Shown: piece after piece, positions 46,057 through 60,098 of the stretch
Layout of the letters: every line of letters starts with the position of its first letter
Position numbering within the stretch: position 1 is the stretch's first letter
From: Eledone cirrhosa
Taxonomy: Eukaryota
NCBI GenBank assembly: GCA_964016885.1
Contig: OZ024740.1
Coordinates: 151,590,001 to 151,654,000 of the forward strand
Length of the DNA stretch: 64,000 nt
Reading direction: 5' to 3'
Notes under the pieces: model-generated
What the model was told of the DNA's origin: nothing
The model's input: the letters and a program-made list of their open reading frames with translations, nothing else
Databases searched by the model: none
Position numbers and translations under genes: made by a program

Positions 46057-47339
46057 GCAAATTCGTAAAAGCTAAAAGGAGTGATCACGGTTGGAAAGCT
46101 TTTGGCCACAGTTGAATCATGCCTCAATTGAGTCTAAACCTCACCAACAAAATCCCATGAGTCAGAGTTATAGATTGAAGCATTCAACAATACCGCAGCA
46201 CCAATAAAGATATTACAATATATACACTTTACCAACAAGTCATTCAAACTGACGTTTCAAAACTGATATTCAATAAAGCCATATGAAATATTGCAACACT
46301 AATTGTACAATAGAATTGACTGATTAAAAAGCAAAGTAAAAAAATAATAAAACTCTCAGCTACAGTCAACAACGCCACGCACAATAGAAGTAAATCTTAG
46401 TATCAAGTAACTAAAATTAGGAAATGACAATGTAAACAAACCATAAAAAACGGAAAGAAGCAAACATCATTTGTATCCAACATAAATTACAAAATAAGTA
46501 GAAAATACAATAAAATGTAATTAGTAACAGAGAAAGAAAATTCTGACAACGGCCACATGATGTCATATATAGTGCTTCAAGTAACATATACATTCGAACA
46601 GAAAGAAATACTTCAACCAACTTTGCTGCCAGGTCTAAGGCAGCGAATTAGCAGAATCGTTAGGGTATCGGAAGAAAATGTCTGTGGTCATAACTTTTTA
46701 TACGTTCGTCAAAAGTCGTAGACAATTTAATCCTTGACATGATCATCTACTCGTAGCACCTTTCCGATATAGATTCACACCTCAACACTCACAACAACCA
46801 TGGTGTCTTGACGTAGGGGTAATTCATTCTAGAAATACCAGCCGAATCCCCCACAAATCACATTCATCGGTCCTGAAATGAAAATAGAATAGGACTCATT
46901 AGATAACATTGAATAAAAGACGAGGTGGTTAGAACATATTTGATCATGTGTCTGTATGTTTGTTCGATCATTACTGACCGGGGACTAAATGACCACACCA
47001 GAGGTGAATTGATAAAATCGTTACAGCTTAAGACAAAAGTACGATATTTATTCTGGTGTTCTGCATTCTGATTTCAAATCCTGATGAGGTTATTTGTGCT
47101 TTTTTACCTTCTCGAGGTCGATAAGAACAAGTTCGAGTCAAGGTTGTGTATTGTCAGAATCATTACAGAGTCGGACAAGGCGCTTTACACACTTTTACTG
47201 GCTCTTTGTAACTTGAGTACTTAGATGGTACATTTAGTCAGTTTAACACCAAGTTCTTCTGGGCCGTTAGCGAATTCCAACCAGTAGCAAGCATTCAGCT
47301 CATGCTTCCCTCTTTAGGATAACTCACACTTTTTTTATC

Positions 47340-47730
47340 CTCTGGATAATGGTTATGACCATTCCTTTCCTGTCGAAGACGTAAAGAAAACTACTTAAAA
47401 GCCGTCGATCGAGGGGCATCCGTCGGTTTCGACGATGAATGTTCCAGCTGTTCAACCGACAGAAGCTTGCGCTCATGAAATTAACGTGTACGCGGTTGAG
47501 AATGTCACAGACACTTCTACTCTTAACGAAATTCTCCAGGAGATTCAGTGTGGCATTGAGTGTTTCAAGACTGGCCCTTTGAATTACATGTATTCGACGG
47601 ACTTCCAAACAATTTCACTTCACTCAAACATAGGTTGATCTGAGCCTATAGTAAATTACATTTATCTAAGATGCCATGCAGTGGAATCTAATGTTTGGGA
47701 AGTGAACCTCTTAATCATCCGTCGATGCTG
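47340..47730 (-). mobile_element. SINE family B, diverged
   Basis: gaaattaacgtg...ctggccctttgaatt shared with 60878-61133. Confidence 0.6.
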
Positions 47731-48721
47731 CACCAACGAAAACACCATTCGCGATTAACATTAGCAATAAATATATTATGTATCGATTGCTTACTTATAT
47801 TAAGGTAAGCTGAAATGTATGAATTTTGCATTCAAACTAAGAACTTTAATTTGGTATTCGTAACCGCCCTTAACTATGTTCATAAAGTTTGATCGAAAGA
47901 ATACGATCAGCAATACAAACTGACAGAATGTAGTTCCTTAGAAATGTCTCCAGAATAAGTGTAGTCGATAGTATGCGCATTTCGGAGATCAGGGTTTCGT
48001 CCTAGGTAGGACTAAAAGATTGCAGCTAGGGCACTAGAATATCTAAGAAAAAGGTTTGCAGGGTATATTGCTCGGGCAAACCCAACTGGCAAGAGACGTT
48101 GTGGTAGACCACGAACAAGATGGTTGAATAACATCCATAACCTTGGGTGGTCTCGCTTGGAGATGAAACCACTTCATTTGGAGACAGTTGCTTCCCATAG
48201 AATAGAGACTGATGTCTCTGCCTACGCAGCTCTTTCAATAATAATAAGAAAAACTAATACAATTTTTGGTCTGGCGAATGACTTATTCTGAGACTGAGTT
48301 TTCAAACTGAAGTAATTACATTGTGAAAGTAATTTTACCCATTTAAAAACTCACTAAAACTGTCAACAATACTTTATATCTATCATTTATTTTTTGGTGC
48401 AAACAATTTTTCGTGCTGTCTGCGTCCTGGTCACTGACACAGATCCACATATATAAAGTAAATATATGAGTTTTGTGTATTTTTAAATGGCCAAAATAAC
48501 TATTGCATGATGTAATTGCTAACACATAGTATTATATTCATTATCAAAATACCATTATGTTAGTTTGTATTTTAATTTCGTATTTACTCTTATTTATATT
48601 TATAATTACATTCACATAAATAATGTAATTATAATTTTCCGTATATTAGATAATAATTTCTGAAATGCCTTCATATTATATTTCATATAATTAAATGCGG
48701 TCTTCAAATATTCTAATAATT

Positions 48722-48935
48722 ATTTTTAATTTAAGCACAGGGCCAGCAATTAGTGAAAGGGGGGGGGGGGGGGATTGTATCTACGAAGTAAGAGAGTGGT
48801 TCTTTATATTAATAACCGCGGAAAATGAAAGTTAGTGCTAGCCAGGGCGAGATTTGAACTAAGAACGTAAAGTGCCGGAACAAACGTCTTATTATGCCAT
48901 TTTTACCAACGCTCTTCTAATTCTACCAGTCCACA
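48722..48935 (-). mobile_element. SINE family A, diverged
   Basis: ggccagcaatt...gatttgaact...ctaattctacc. Confidence 0.6.
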
Positions 48936-49161
48936 ACTCTGAAATGTAAATGATGTTAACAGGTATTTGTCTAAGCACAATACATTTACGTGAATATACA
49001 ACTTTCAAGGCTGCAAAACCTACTCGATGAGAATCGATGTTTTCAGTATTATATGGTTGCCTACAGTGTAACAATGAAGCAAAGGAAACAATGGAACAGG
49101 CTGTTCAATTGTCTTTGCAAACTGTTGAATAGGATGTAAGGGGTACTAATTTCTCATCGAA

Positions 49162-49247
49162 ATATTAAATGAATCTTATACATATACATATTTTAATTAG
49201 ATTCAATTTATAAACATGTTTTATAATTAGATGTTTTTGTTCAAGTG

Positions 49248-49279
<32 letters not shown>

Positions 49280-49357
49280 GCATATATGTATATATATACA
49301 CACACACACACGTATATATATATATACGTGTGTGTGTGTATATATATACATATATGC

Positions 49358-49420
<63 letters not shown>

Positions 49421-49503
49421 TATAAGACTTGAACAAAAACATCTAATTATAAAACATGTTTATAAATTGAATCTAATTAAAATATGTATATGTATAAGAT
49501 TCA

Positions 49504-49511
<8 letters not shown>
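49162..49511. repeat. 350-bp palindrome centred on a compound microsatellite
   Basis: About 85-bp unique arms plus mirrored microsatellite interruptions around cgtatatatatatatacg (about 49320). Confidence 0.92.
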
Positions 49512-49548
<37 letters not shown>

Positions 49549-49738
49549 TAAACGGAATAGAAAATGCTGACAAATTGTTCACAGTTGAAAAATGGTTTAA
49601 TTAGGAATAAAAGAGTATTAGTGATTGTATGGGTTAGTATTCAGTTGTGGTTTTAAGTTTTTAAGTTTTTACCGGTTGCGCATTTCTAAATGCTTTTCAA
49701 AAATAATTTTGAGATAGAGTGTCCGTGCTGTTTGCTAT

Positions 49739-49784
<46 letters not shown>

Positions 49785-50015
49785 CAGGGGCGGTGGAACA
49801 ATTTTTGAATTGGGGGTGGGGAGCAAATTTGGTCAATTTAGTTGACCAAATTGCACTCTTAAATGGTCAGAAAATTCGATATGGGATAAATACATGTACA
49901 TTAACTGTAGCGCATATACAAATAGATGTTTGTTCTTGTAGTTTAGGGAGAAAAATAATATAATGATTGGAGGTCTGCTCCCCCCCGGTGGCCCAGCCTA
50001 GTTCCTCCACCTCTG
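49785..50015. mobile_element. MITE-like element with about 15-bp imperfect TIRs in (TA)n
   Basis: caggggcggtggaac ... gttcctccacctctg; longer relative at 52492-52880; extra inverted right tip at 50049-50073. Confidence 0.7.
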
Positions 50016-50092
50016 TATATATATATACATATATATATATATATAAAAGGGTGGTGGAACTAGGCTGGGCCACACACACACACACAAACACA

Positions 50093-50246
<154 letters not shown>

Positions 50247-50649
50247 ATATATGTAGTAATAAACACAGTAAATCGTGTGTCTAAAATTACGAGGGTTGAA
50301 ATACCACGTTGGTTTAACATATTTAACCTGAAGCAAACGAAATACAGAAAATATTCTGACCGTCTCAGTAACTATTGCATCTCCCGGACAGATTAGAGAT
50401 TTAATATGTTTCGCCGTGAGAATTGTGTTTGAAACAGATAATCCGGGGGCATCATCATCGAGAGATTAGATTAAATGTGACAAACACCTAAAGCTATATA
50501 TATATATGGCGGTAATATAATTCCTCATTTTTTAATCAGTTTGAGTATTTCTTTAGAACAGCTGGAGTAGCAACCTAACTGATACCTCAGGCACTGATGG
50601 TGATTATCGCTAAATATGGTTAGATTATCAATATTAGTATTATTGGGCA

Positions 50650-50775
50650 CCCACTGATGAATTACAAGAGCCCACTTGAATATTACATGTTGATCCTATA
50701 CAAGCTCCTACATAAATTGGTATAATTTCACCCAAATTGTAGGAATCTTATAATGAAACGAGACGTCCGTCTGGG
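50650..50775 (+). ncRNA. Type I hammerhead with large stem II insertion
   Basis: Stem I ccca/tggg, CTGATGA 50654, stem II attacaaga/tcttataat enclosing a tcctaca/tgtagga hairpin, GAAA 50755, near-palindromic stem III, GUC at 50769-50771. Confidence 0.7.
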
Positions 50776-51553
50776 AAGAGATATATTCGATATGTCTCAT
50801 ATGAAATAATACAGCCAATTTTCCACACAATACATTTAGTTAGCACCCCGAACGTTTAATTAGGAATATACTCACTTATTTCCTAATGTTTGTTGAGTGA
50901 GTTGGAATTTGGCCGGAGTATCGCTAAAAGCTTTCTCCGATAATGTATTTATATATATATATATATATGAAAACAGGGGGAAAGAGACGATTATGAGGAA
51001 GAAAAATATTTTTTTTCCTTTTTTTGTCTCTCTCTCTCTCTCTTTTCTGGATTAGAAAATGATTAAAACGAAATGTTTTACTTTGTGTGAAGTGTTAAGG
51101 TATTAGTTGATTGATTTATTATTTAACAATGGCATTCATTTATCTATTTATCTATTTAATTATTGTTTATTACCGGTTTCTGCATTTATATGCATTATCA
51201 AATGTGTATTAGTGTGGTGTCGCACATGTTAAACAGAAGGTGCAGAAAGAATAATGTTATATACAAACAAAGTTTTAGAAGTGAAAAGAAAAAAGAAAAA
51301 GGAAAAAAAAACGTGCATAATGTGGAACGTAAAAAGTCAATGTGGAAGAAAGTTAATGTTATTTACAAGCACAGTCATTGAAGTTAAGAAGATCAAAATG
51401 TGTTAATATCGCAAGAGTGTTTAGTTGAACCATGGTTCCGTGAAGGAGGCAAATGGTGGACTGAGGTTTAATATGATTTCCCTTTTTAGAGAGTTAATAT
51501 GCAGGGGAAAGCAATTCTTGCTGGGTGATATTTAATTTATTTAAGAAAAAGGA

Positions 51554-52140
51554 TTATGTAGGGTGTGAGGGAGGTAACTCTTGTAAATGTTTAATGTTTT
51601 GTTGCAGATTTAGATTGGTTCGATTTTTTGGGGCATTGAGTGCTGGTTGAAATTTATTAATGAAATGTGTTTCCTTATTGGTGCGTTGGATGAAAGTAGC
51701 GTTGTCTATGAATTTGTAAATGGGGAAAATTTTAAAGTTTGGAAGTTGGTTGAGAGCACAATTGGCGATATGTTCACTAAATGCAATCTTTCTGTATTCC
51801 TGTATTTTAATTTGTGATTTATGGACGGTCATACGTTGACGGAGGCCGTTTTTTGTCTGTCCTATGTAATGCTCTTGACAACCTGAGCAAGCCAAAACAT
51901 AGATAAGATTTTCAGATGCACATATAAAGTTGTGTTTAACTGTGAAACGCTGTCCTTGTTTAAAATGGAATGTTGAACTTTCTATTAGATTTATGCATAT
52001 GCGACAGTTGGGCCTTCCGCATTTTGTTACTGTAGGGTTTATTGTGAGGGTTTGTTGGATTTTGGCTTGTGTGAGGATGTTTTTTATGGATTTGGGTTGT
52101 CTTTTGCTCTTTATGATGTTGTGTGTTTGGAGGATATTGT
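51554..52140 (-). pseudogene. PLE C-terminal Cys linker plus GIY-YIG endonuclease fragment (Neptune-like)
   Basis: CGRPNCRIC linker; NLIYVLACSGCQEHYIGQT..LRQRMTVH...EH...KETHFINKFQPALN. Confidence 0.85.
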
Positions 52141-53210
52141 TTTCAAGCTCCGGGGTTTCAGATCTCCCCCCCCCCCGCCCGCATTTTTATTCCAGCCGCC
52201 ACTCTCCCCGCTTATTAAAGTTTGCTAATATTTCTCAGGTGAAATTTTATTGAAAGTGATTCATAATCGATAGAGCAACTGGAGAATCTAATAATAATGT
52301 TATTCAACATTAAAAACGACAGTATATATGACAAAAAAGAACATTACAAGAAATCCCATATTTACGAACGTACACTCTACAATTACTGATCTCCACCCCC
52401 ACCGCTTATAAAAATGTCACCATGTGTCTAACCGCCTCCTATTATTTGAGATCTGAGAGTATATATAAATATATAAATATATATATGTGTACAGGGGTGG
52501 TGGAAGCATTTCTGAATTGGGGAGGGGGGCAAAGATTAGTTTACCTCATTGCATTCTAAAATGGCCAGAAAATGCAATTTCACTCCAAGCAGGTCATATT
52601 ACATTTACAGTTTTCAATAATTATAAAGTGATTGTAGTATAATGATCTTTGAAATCTGTCTCTAAATAGCAATTGACAAATAGTGATATGTGGAGAAAAA
52701 GTTATGACATGACAAAAACATTTACTAAGAAGGTTAACATAATATATTATCAAAAATCAACCAAGATATAAAAAAATTCAATATGCGGTAAACATAACAT
52801 GTACATAAATTGGAGCGCGTATACAAGTAGATGTGTGTTTAAGTAGTTTGGGGAGAAAATGTATAACTATTGGGGTGGTCATCTTTTTTTCCATTCAGAG
52901 GGTTTTTTAAAATTCCAACTAACAGACTAATTTTATTTAGTCAAATACGGCGTAAGCACATATTACTACCTAATGTTCAAATTCGCTAGCTGTTTGTAAA
53001 CAAAGCCTGCTTTGTGTTTATCTATTTATGTACATATATATATATATATATTTGTGGAGGGTCATATTGTTATAATATTGCCAGAAATAATAATAAAACA
53101 CTCACTGCTTGGTTTGGATTGGTTCTCGCTTCTGTATATTTTATATCCCTTTAGTTAATTTATTTGGCAATCAATGTGTATCATTGATGGACCAACCGTT
53201 AAAAACATAG

Positions 53211-53247
<37 letters not shown>

Positions 53248-53654
53248 CAAAGTTCTTTCAACACACATCTGTGACATCATCAGTGGTACTATTATGTTTC
53301 CTCCCGTTGTATTGTAATGTCTATTCCATTTTTATTTTTATTTATTCTTGTCTGTTTGTGCATGCGTTTGAACGAGTCTTTTATGTTTGGTGTGTGTTCA
53401 TGTCTGAGTCTCTGTGTGTTTGTATTCTATCTTTGTTATCTAGTGTTAGTTTATGTGTGATTGCTGTAATTGTACCTGTGTATATCTATTTATCTTATGT
53501 CACTATTTTGTAACAATATTTGTTTCAACACACAATTTCATATAAAAAAACCTTGCAAAACAAATTCATCGCCGTATATATATACACATATGTCCCAAGG
53601 CTCTGATACCTTCAACACCATAAACACAGAGCTGGCATATCTAAGAACTGACTA

Positions 53655-53710
53655 ACTGCCTGATGAGGTCATAGCCATTCCATGGCTATCATCGAAATAT
53701 ATATAGCAGT
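53655..53710 (+). ncRNA. Minimal type I hammerhead, copy 1
   Basis: Stem I actgc/gcagt, CTGATGA 53660, stem II atagccat/atggctat, GAAA 53694, palindromic TATATA stem III, AUA triplet. Confidence 0.85.
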
Positions 53711-53754
53711 AAATAAAGGATTATGAGTTCATGCAATTGACTTATGTTTCGTCA

Positions 53755-53785
<31 letters not shown>

Positions 53786-53792
53786 ACTCGTT

Positions 53793-53864
<72 letters not shown>

Positions 53865-53893
53865 AAAGAATAGAGGTGTAACACACAAGTTAT

Positions 53894-54126
53894 TATATAT
53901 TGGTAAACGGAATAGAAAATGCTGACAAATTGTTCACAGTTGAAAAATGGTTTAATTAGGAATAAAAGGGTATTAGTAATTGTATGGGTTAGTATTCAGT
54001 TGTGGTTTTAAGAACCACAACTGAATACTAACCCATACAATTACTAATACTCTTTTATTCCTAATTAAACCATTTTTCAACTGTGAACAATTTGTCAGCA
54101 TTTTCTATTCCGTTTACCAATATATA
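53894..54126. repeat. Near-perfect 230-bp hairpin (centre 54010)
   Basis: Arms pair apart from G-T positions; unfolded single copy at 49543-49740. Confidence 0.95.
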
Positions 54127-54228
54127 TATATATATATATATATAAATTGAAACAAAATGAAAACGAAATTTCATTTCTCACTCTTAGTATGGCACTTACT
54201 TAGAGCTGGCATATCTAAGAACTGACTA

Positions 54229-54284
54229 ACTGCCTGATGAGGTCATAGCCATTCCATGGCTATCATCGAAATATATATAGCAGT
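54229..54284 (+). ncRNA. Minimal type I hammerhead, copy 2 (identical to copy 1)
   Basis: Inside 99-bp direct repeat 53628-53726 / 54202-54300. Confidence 0.85.
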
Positions 54285-54297
54285 AAATAAAGGATTA

Positions 54298-54840
54298 TGA
54301 CGTGTGAGCATCACTTGGAGGATTGGAACGATGCAGGTCGGGGGAACGTGATGGGCTTGTGGGGTTGAGGCTGGAATTTTGCGGGGTGAGTGTGATAGTG
54401 ATATATATATATATATATACATGCATACTTACATATATATATATATATATATATATATCACTATCACACTCACCCCGCAAAATTCCAGCCTCAACCCCAC
54501 AAGCCCATCACGTTCCCCCGACCTGCATCGTTCCAATCCTCCAAGTGATGCTCACACGTCACACGGTACACCCAACCCTCACCCTGCCTTACCCAAGACC
54601 ACTCAGGTTAAACACACACACACACACACAACACTATTGTTACTCTAGCACTCTCTTTTCTTCTCTCGTCTATCCTCTTTTTTCTTCTATCTCCAAAACA
54701 CACACTCTACCATACGATGAATGACCAGTGTCCGAAACTTTAAAACTTTTTAACAAATACATCAAGAGTTAAACTAATAAATCATATTTGCATTGTTTTA
54801 CTCCACTGCATTGATTTTCCTTGTTTAATTTCCCTACGTA
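54298..54840. mobile_element. TA-centred palindrome (54298-54561) continuing into a PLE-like 3' end with degenerate hammerhead (about 54712-54745)
   Basis: About 105-bp identical arms; acGATGAatgac-cagt-gtccGAAAC. Confidence 0.75.
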
Positions 54841-54852
54841 TGTATCAGAAAA

Positions 54853-54942
<90 letters not shown>

Positions 54943-54982
54943 CCAACAAATATATTTTCCAACAAATTAAATACCTCTTCTA

Positions 54983-55072
<90 letters not shown>

Positions 55073-55676
55073 TAGAAGAGGTATTTAATTTGTTGGAAGT
55101 CCGACAAATATAGATGTTTATAACTGATTTAGAGTACTCAACAGATTAGTGGAGTAAATATTCAATGATATTAAATAAATGGAAACTATAATTATAAAAC
55201 CATATTTATTTTATTATATATATTTCAAGGGTACCAAAACACATTGGTACGCTTTTGGCAAAGCTATTCTTTACAGCACTAGATAAATGCAAAGCTATTC
55301 TTTAAAGCAGTAGATAAATGTTTTCCTAAAGCCCACATATACCACACAATCTTTAACAGACATACTATAAAACTATTCTACTTTACTACTATGAACATAG
55401 CACAAAATATAAAGAGAATTAATAATAGAAATTTAAACCCTAACCAAAATAACCAAAATAGCAGTATCCAACATAATAGTACCGAACAACAACTCCGCAA
55501 AATGTAACTGTAGAATTAAATCAAACTGTCCTTTACAAAATAAGTGTTTAGATAAAAACGTGGTCTATAAATGCACAGTTAAAACTAGTGATAATATATT
55601 TAAATTAAATGCCCCTTCTACTTATAAATAGCCCCTTTAATGTTGAGCACTTTAAATTATAACTCATTGATAAATA

Positions 55677-57898
55677 ATGGAATTCTTTAGGATTTCTTCT
55701 TCTCTAAAATATGTACCTTTACCTAAGAATAAGGACTATCTTAAACAACTTATTGAGAAATCTGACTCCTTTATACGAAGGCTTAGATGGCGTGCCTTCC
55801 ATTTCGATAGAAAATCAGATGAAAAAACAAATAAATGCAGTTATAACTTCGATATGATCTTCAAATCCAAGAAAAATCCACCTAACAACAAACTATTAAT
55901 GGAATTTGAAAATGAAATAATATCGATTATATAAAACATCAAATTCAAGAAAAACCAATTTGTAGGCTAGGAATACCTTAAAGGCCTCAAGAATAATATA
56001 GACAATCTTGAAAAAACTGAGAAGATCCTCGTAAAATCTGACAAAACTAACAATCTATACGGAATGCAAAAGGACGAATACAATAACCTTATATTGAAAG
56101 AACTAAGGAAAAATTACAAAATAACAACTAATGAAGATCTTGAAATGGTAAATAGAGAAGCTTCTGAAATAATTCATAAATTAGGCATCGAAAATAGGAC
56201 CGAACCCTTTATACCTAAAATACCGAATGAAACTTTGAAATAGAACTACCAGTCAGACTTATAGTACCATCTAAATCAGACTTAGACATAGTTAGTAAAC
56301 ATATATTAGATAGAATTATACCGCAACTTAAAGAAATATCTTACCTAAAACTATGGAACGGTACTAACGAGGTTATAGATTGGTTCAATAACATAAAATT
56401 TAAACATAACAAAAAATTCATTCAAATGGATATTGCAAACTACTACTCCCCTATTACTCTTAATTTACTTAATAAAGCTCTTATCTATGCATTTAAACAT
56501 ACAGATTTATCTACCGAAGAAATGCATATCATTTTAACTGCACGGAAAACTTTAATTGAATTCAACAATCATCTCTGGACAAGAGCTGATAGAAAAAATA
56601 ATTTTGATATCACCATGGGATCACCTGACTCGGCGCAGATAACAGATCTTGTGGGGCTATTTATTAATAATACACTGCATAGAAAAATACCAGAGATGAC
56701 CGGTGGTTTATATCGTGATGATATGCTGCTTTTAATTGAAAATCATAGTAATTGTGAAATTAATAAGAAAAGAAAATCTATAATACAATTCTTCAATGAC
56801 TACAACCTTAAGTTAGAAATAGAGAATAACTATAAAATTGTTAACTTTTTAGACGTAACATTAAACCTTAACACAGGGCTCTACTATCCATTCCATAAAA
56901 TTAATGAGAATCTAAACTATGTAAGTTTTAACTCTAATCATCCTAGATCTATCAAGAACACTATTGTCAATTCTGTCCAACAACGGATTTCACGCATCTC
57001 CGCTAATAAAAACATTTTTTACGATAAGGCTGAATATTATAATGAAGCTTTAAATAGAGCAGGGTATACAAATAAGATTAAATACATCGACAACAGTAAT
57101 AAGGCAAATAACCCTACTATTAATTGTAATAATAATAATAACAAATTTAACTTAAACTCTAAAACTAACAGAAGAACTAGAACTAGAAATATTATTTGGT
57201 ACTCACCCCATTCTCATTAAGCGTAAAACACCTTTAGCAAAGCTATTCTTTAAGCACTAGATAAATGTTTTCCTAAAGCCCACAGATACCACTCAATCTT
57301 TAACAGACACACTATAAAACTATCCTACTCTACTACTATGAACATAGCACACAATATAAATAGAATTAATAATAGAAATTTAAACCCTAACCAAAATAAC
57401 CAAAATAGCAGTAATATCTCTAGCAATATCCAATATAATAGTACCGTTCCGAACAACAACTCCGCAAAATGTAACAGTAGAATTAAATCAAACTGTCCTT
57501 TACAAAATAAGTGTTTAGATAAAAACGTGGTCCATAAATGCACAATTAAAACTAGTGATATTATATATAACTATGTCGGTGCAACTTCTACAGAATTTAA
57601 AATTCGCTGGAATAACCACAATTGTTCTTTCCGAAGATTTGATAAAAAATCTTCAACTTCTCTTTCAAACCTGATATGGAACTTAAAATGCAAGAATATG
57701 GACTATTCATTAGCTTGGGAAACAGTTTCATAAGCACCCGCGTATCGAAACACAGCTTTATCTAGATTCTGCAAATTGTGTATTGAGGAAATTTTTTACA
57801 TACTTAAATGTAAAAACTCTATTAATCTAAGAACGAATATATTTAATTCTTGTAGACATCGCCAGATTTCAACATTCAGAACTATATATAACTTATAA
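55677..57898 (+). pseudogene. PLE RT + GIY-YIG ORF with stops and frameshifts (probably Hydra-clade type)
   Basis: KQLIEKSDSFIRRLRWRAF; KSDKTNNLY; MDIANYYS; TMGSPDS; GLYRDD; NFLDVTLNL; SNHP; VVHKC..YVGAT..FKIRWNNH; CKLCIEE; SCRHR. Confidence 0.9.
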
Positions 57899-58889
57899 TT
57901 ATACTTATAATATTCCTACTTATTTCCATAACAATCTCGTCCGCTTGGTTTCAATATATTGATATCGCTAAATCATAATATCTATAACATTTGCAGTAAT
58001 TCCACTTCTTAAAGTTTCATAAAATATATACGTATTTAATTCTAATTTTTTTTTTAATTTAAATTTTAATAATTTTTATTTCTTTAAAAATTACTTATTA
58101 TTATTATATTTTCATTTTAAATATTATTATTATTTTTTAATTTTCGCAAATTATTCAATATTTAAAAAAAACTTTTTCAATATTTTTTCAATACTTTATC
58201 AATATTTTTTCAATATTTTTTCAATAGATTTATAACCACTAACTGATTCTGGCTAAATGTATCTTCAACATCTATACTTATTTTGATTAAATAGTCTCAC
58301 ACTAAGGAATAAATAAATTAAACCAGAGTTTTTTCCGTATCTTCCCATTTTAAATCATATAAATATAAATATTCTTTTTAACTCAGTTAATTTAATTTAA
58401 TTTAACTTAATATTTATTTACATAAAATACAAAACCAATATCCCTCATAACTCATTAGAACAATTATCTACAACATGATATACCCATCTATTTATTTATT
58501 TATTTATTTATTTATTTATCTACTTATAACAGAAGAAAAATATATTATAAACAAATTTTAAACAACTAATAATCGTAAATACACGTACTATTAAGATATA
58601 TACTTATAATATATTTCCCTCAAATTAACGTTATATGAGTTTTTATTCATCTTCACTTTTTTTCTGTCTTCTCTCTCTCTCGCATTATTTTATCCTTCTC
58701 CTTTTATCTCTTCTCTCGATCTCCACAGTCGTTTAAATAAACGGTTGCTTTTCAATTATTTACATATTTCATTTGCATATTCACCCATAAGATTGAAAAC
58801 TCCCTAATACATTTCCACTATCCAGAGAATATCTAACCGATAAGGTATGATCTTCATGGGTATGTCTCTATTTATAAAACAAAATTTGT

Positions 58890-58950
58890 ATTTTATCTGA
58901 GGAAAGGGTACCAATGTGTTTTGGTTCCCTTGAAATATATATAATAAAAT
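58890..58950 (+). ncRNA. Minimal hammerhead in the PLE 3' terminal repeat
   Basis: Stem I attttat/ataaaat, CTGAGGA 58897, stem II aagggtaccaa/ttggttccctt, GAAA 58932, TATATA stem III. Confidence 0.8.
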
Positions 58951-59133
58951 AAATATGGTTTTATAAATATAGTTTCCATTTATTTAATATCATTGTATAT
59001 ATGTGTGCATGTATGTATATATATGTATACATACTACTGTACGTCTGTATACATATATGTATGTACGTGTACATACTTATATCATTGTATATATATATAT
59101 ATAGATATGTGTGTGTGTGTGTGTGTGTATGTG

Positions 59134-59177
<44 letters not shown>

Positions 59178-59193
59178 TGTGTGTGTGTGTCTC

Positions 59194-59236
<43 letters not shown>

Positions 59237-59854
59237 CTGCTTGTCTATCTATCTATCTATTTACCTATCATTCTTTCTTTCTATCGACCCATCCAAGCAT
59301 AAATCTATGCATCTGTCTGTCTACATATCTGTCTATTATATCAATCTTTCTTCAGTCAACAGCTGTCCGTAGACGTTTTATCACTATCCAATATCTCCAG
59401 TCAGAAACTCAATTCTAAACCAGTCCATCAGTAGTAAAAAGAATCTCTTTTGCAAGCAACACACGTCGAATGTTTTTCTCACAATTTTCCAATTTGTGTA
59501 TCGTTCGAATGCACTTAACAACAACAGCAACAACAACAGCAGCAAAAGCATCAGCAACAAAAACACCGCCGTCGTCGCCGTATGAACTACGATCGCAGTC
59601 GATCTGTTATTTCGAGTCCAGTCATTGTAGAAGCAGCTCAGCTCACAAAAAGATGTATCGAGTGGCATACGGCGAGGTCTGACTCCAAGAGATTTGTCTT
59701 ACGTCGAAGTGGTAAGGGTTGGTAGTGGCGATGGAGGGGTGTATAGGAGGAGGTGTTTAGTAATGAGGGTGGTGGTGTAATAAATGTGTAAATTCACGTT
59801 TTATGACGGGCTCGTAAATATAAAGTATAGTTATGTATATTAGACTGTGTATAT

Positions 59855-59919
<65 letters not shown>

Positions 59920-59976
59920 ATATATATATATACATGTGTATATATCTGTGGGTGCGTTTGTGCATGTGTTTATGTA

Positions 59977-60098
<122 letters not shown>

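Larger units (their letters stand above)
55071..58995 (+). mobile_element. Near-complete Penelope-like element with inverted 5' terminal piece
   Basis: Inverted terminal repeat 55071-55256, internal duplicate 55257-55600, ORF, AT-rich 3' region with hammerhead, TA-rich flanks. Confidence 0.9.

Noticed and set aside
47081-47090. CTGATGA
   Set aside because: Lies in a mutated SINE B-box region with no GAAA partner
55677-57898. Possible stop-codon recoding (selenocysteine) as in Naiad PLEs
   Set aside because: Interruptions are mostly TAA/TAG plus frameshifts and the endonuclease is C-terminal; ordinary decay
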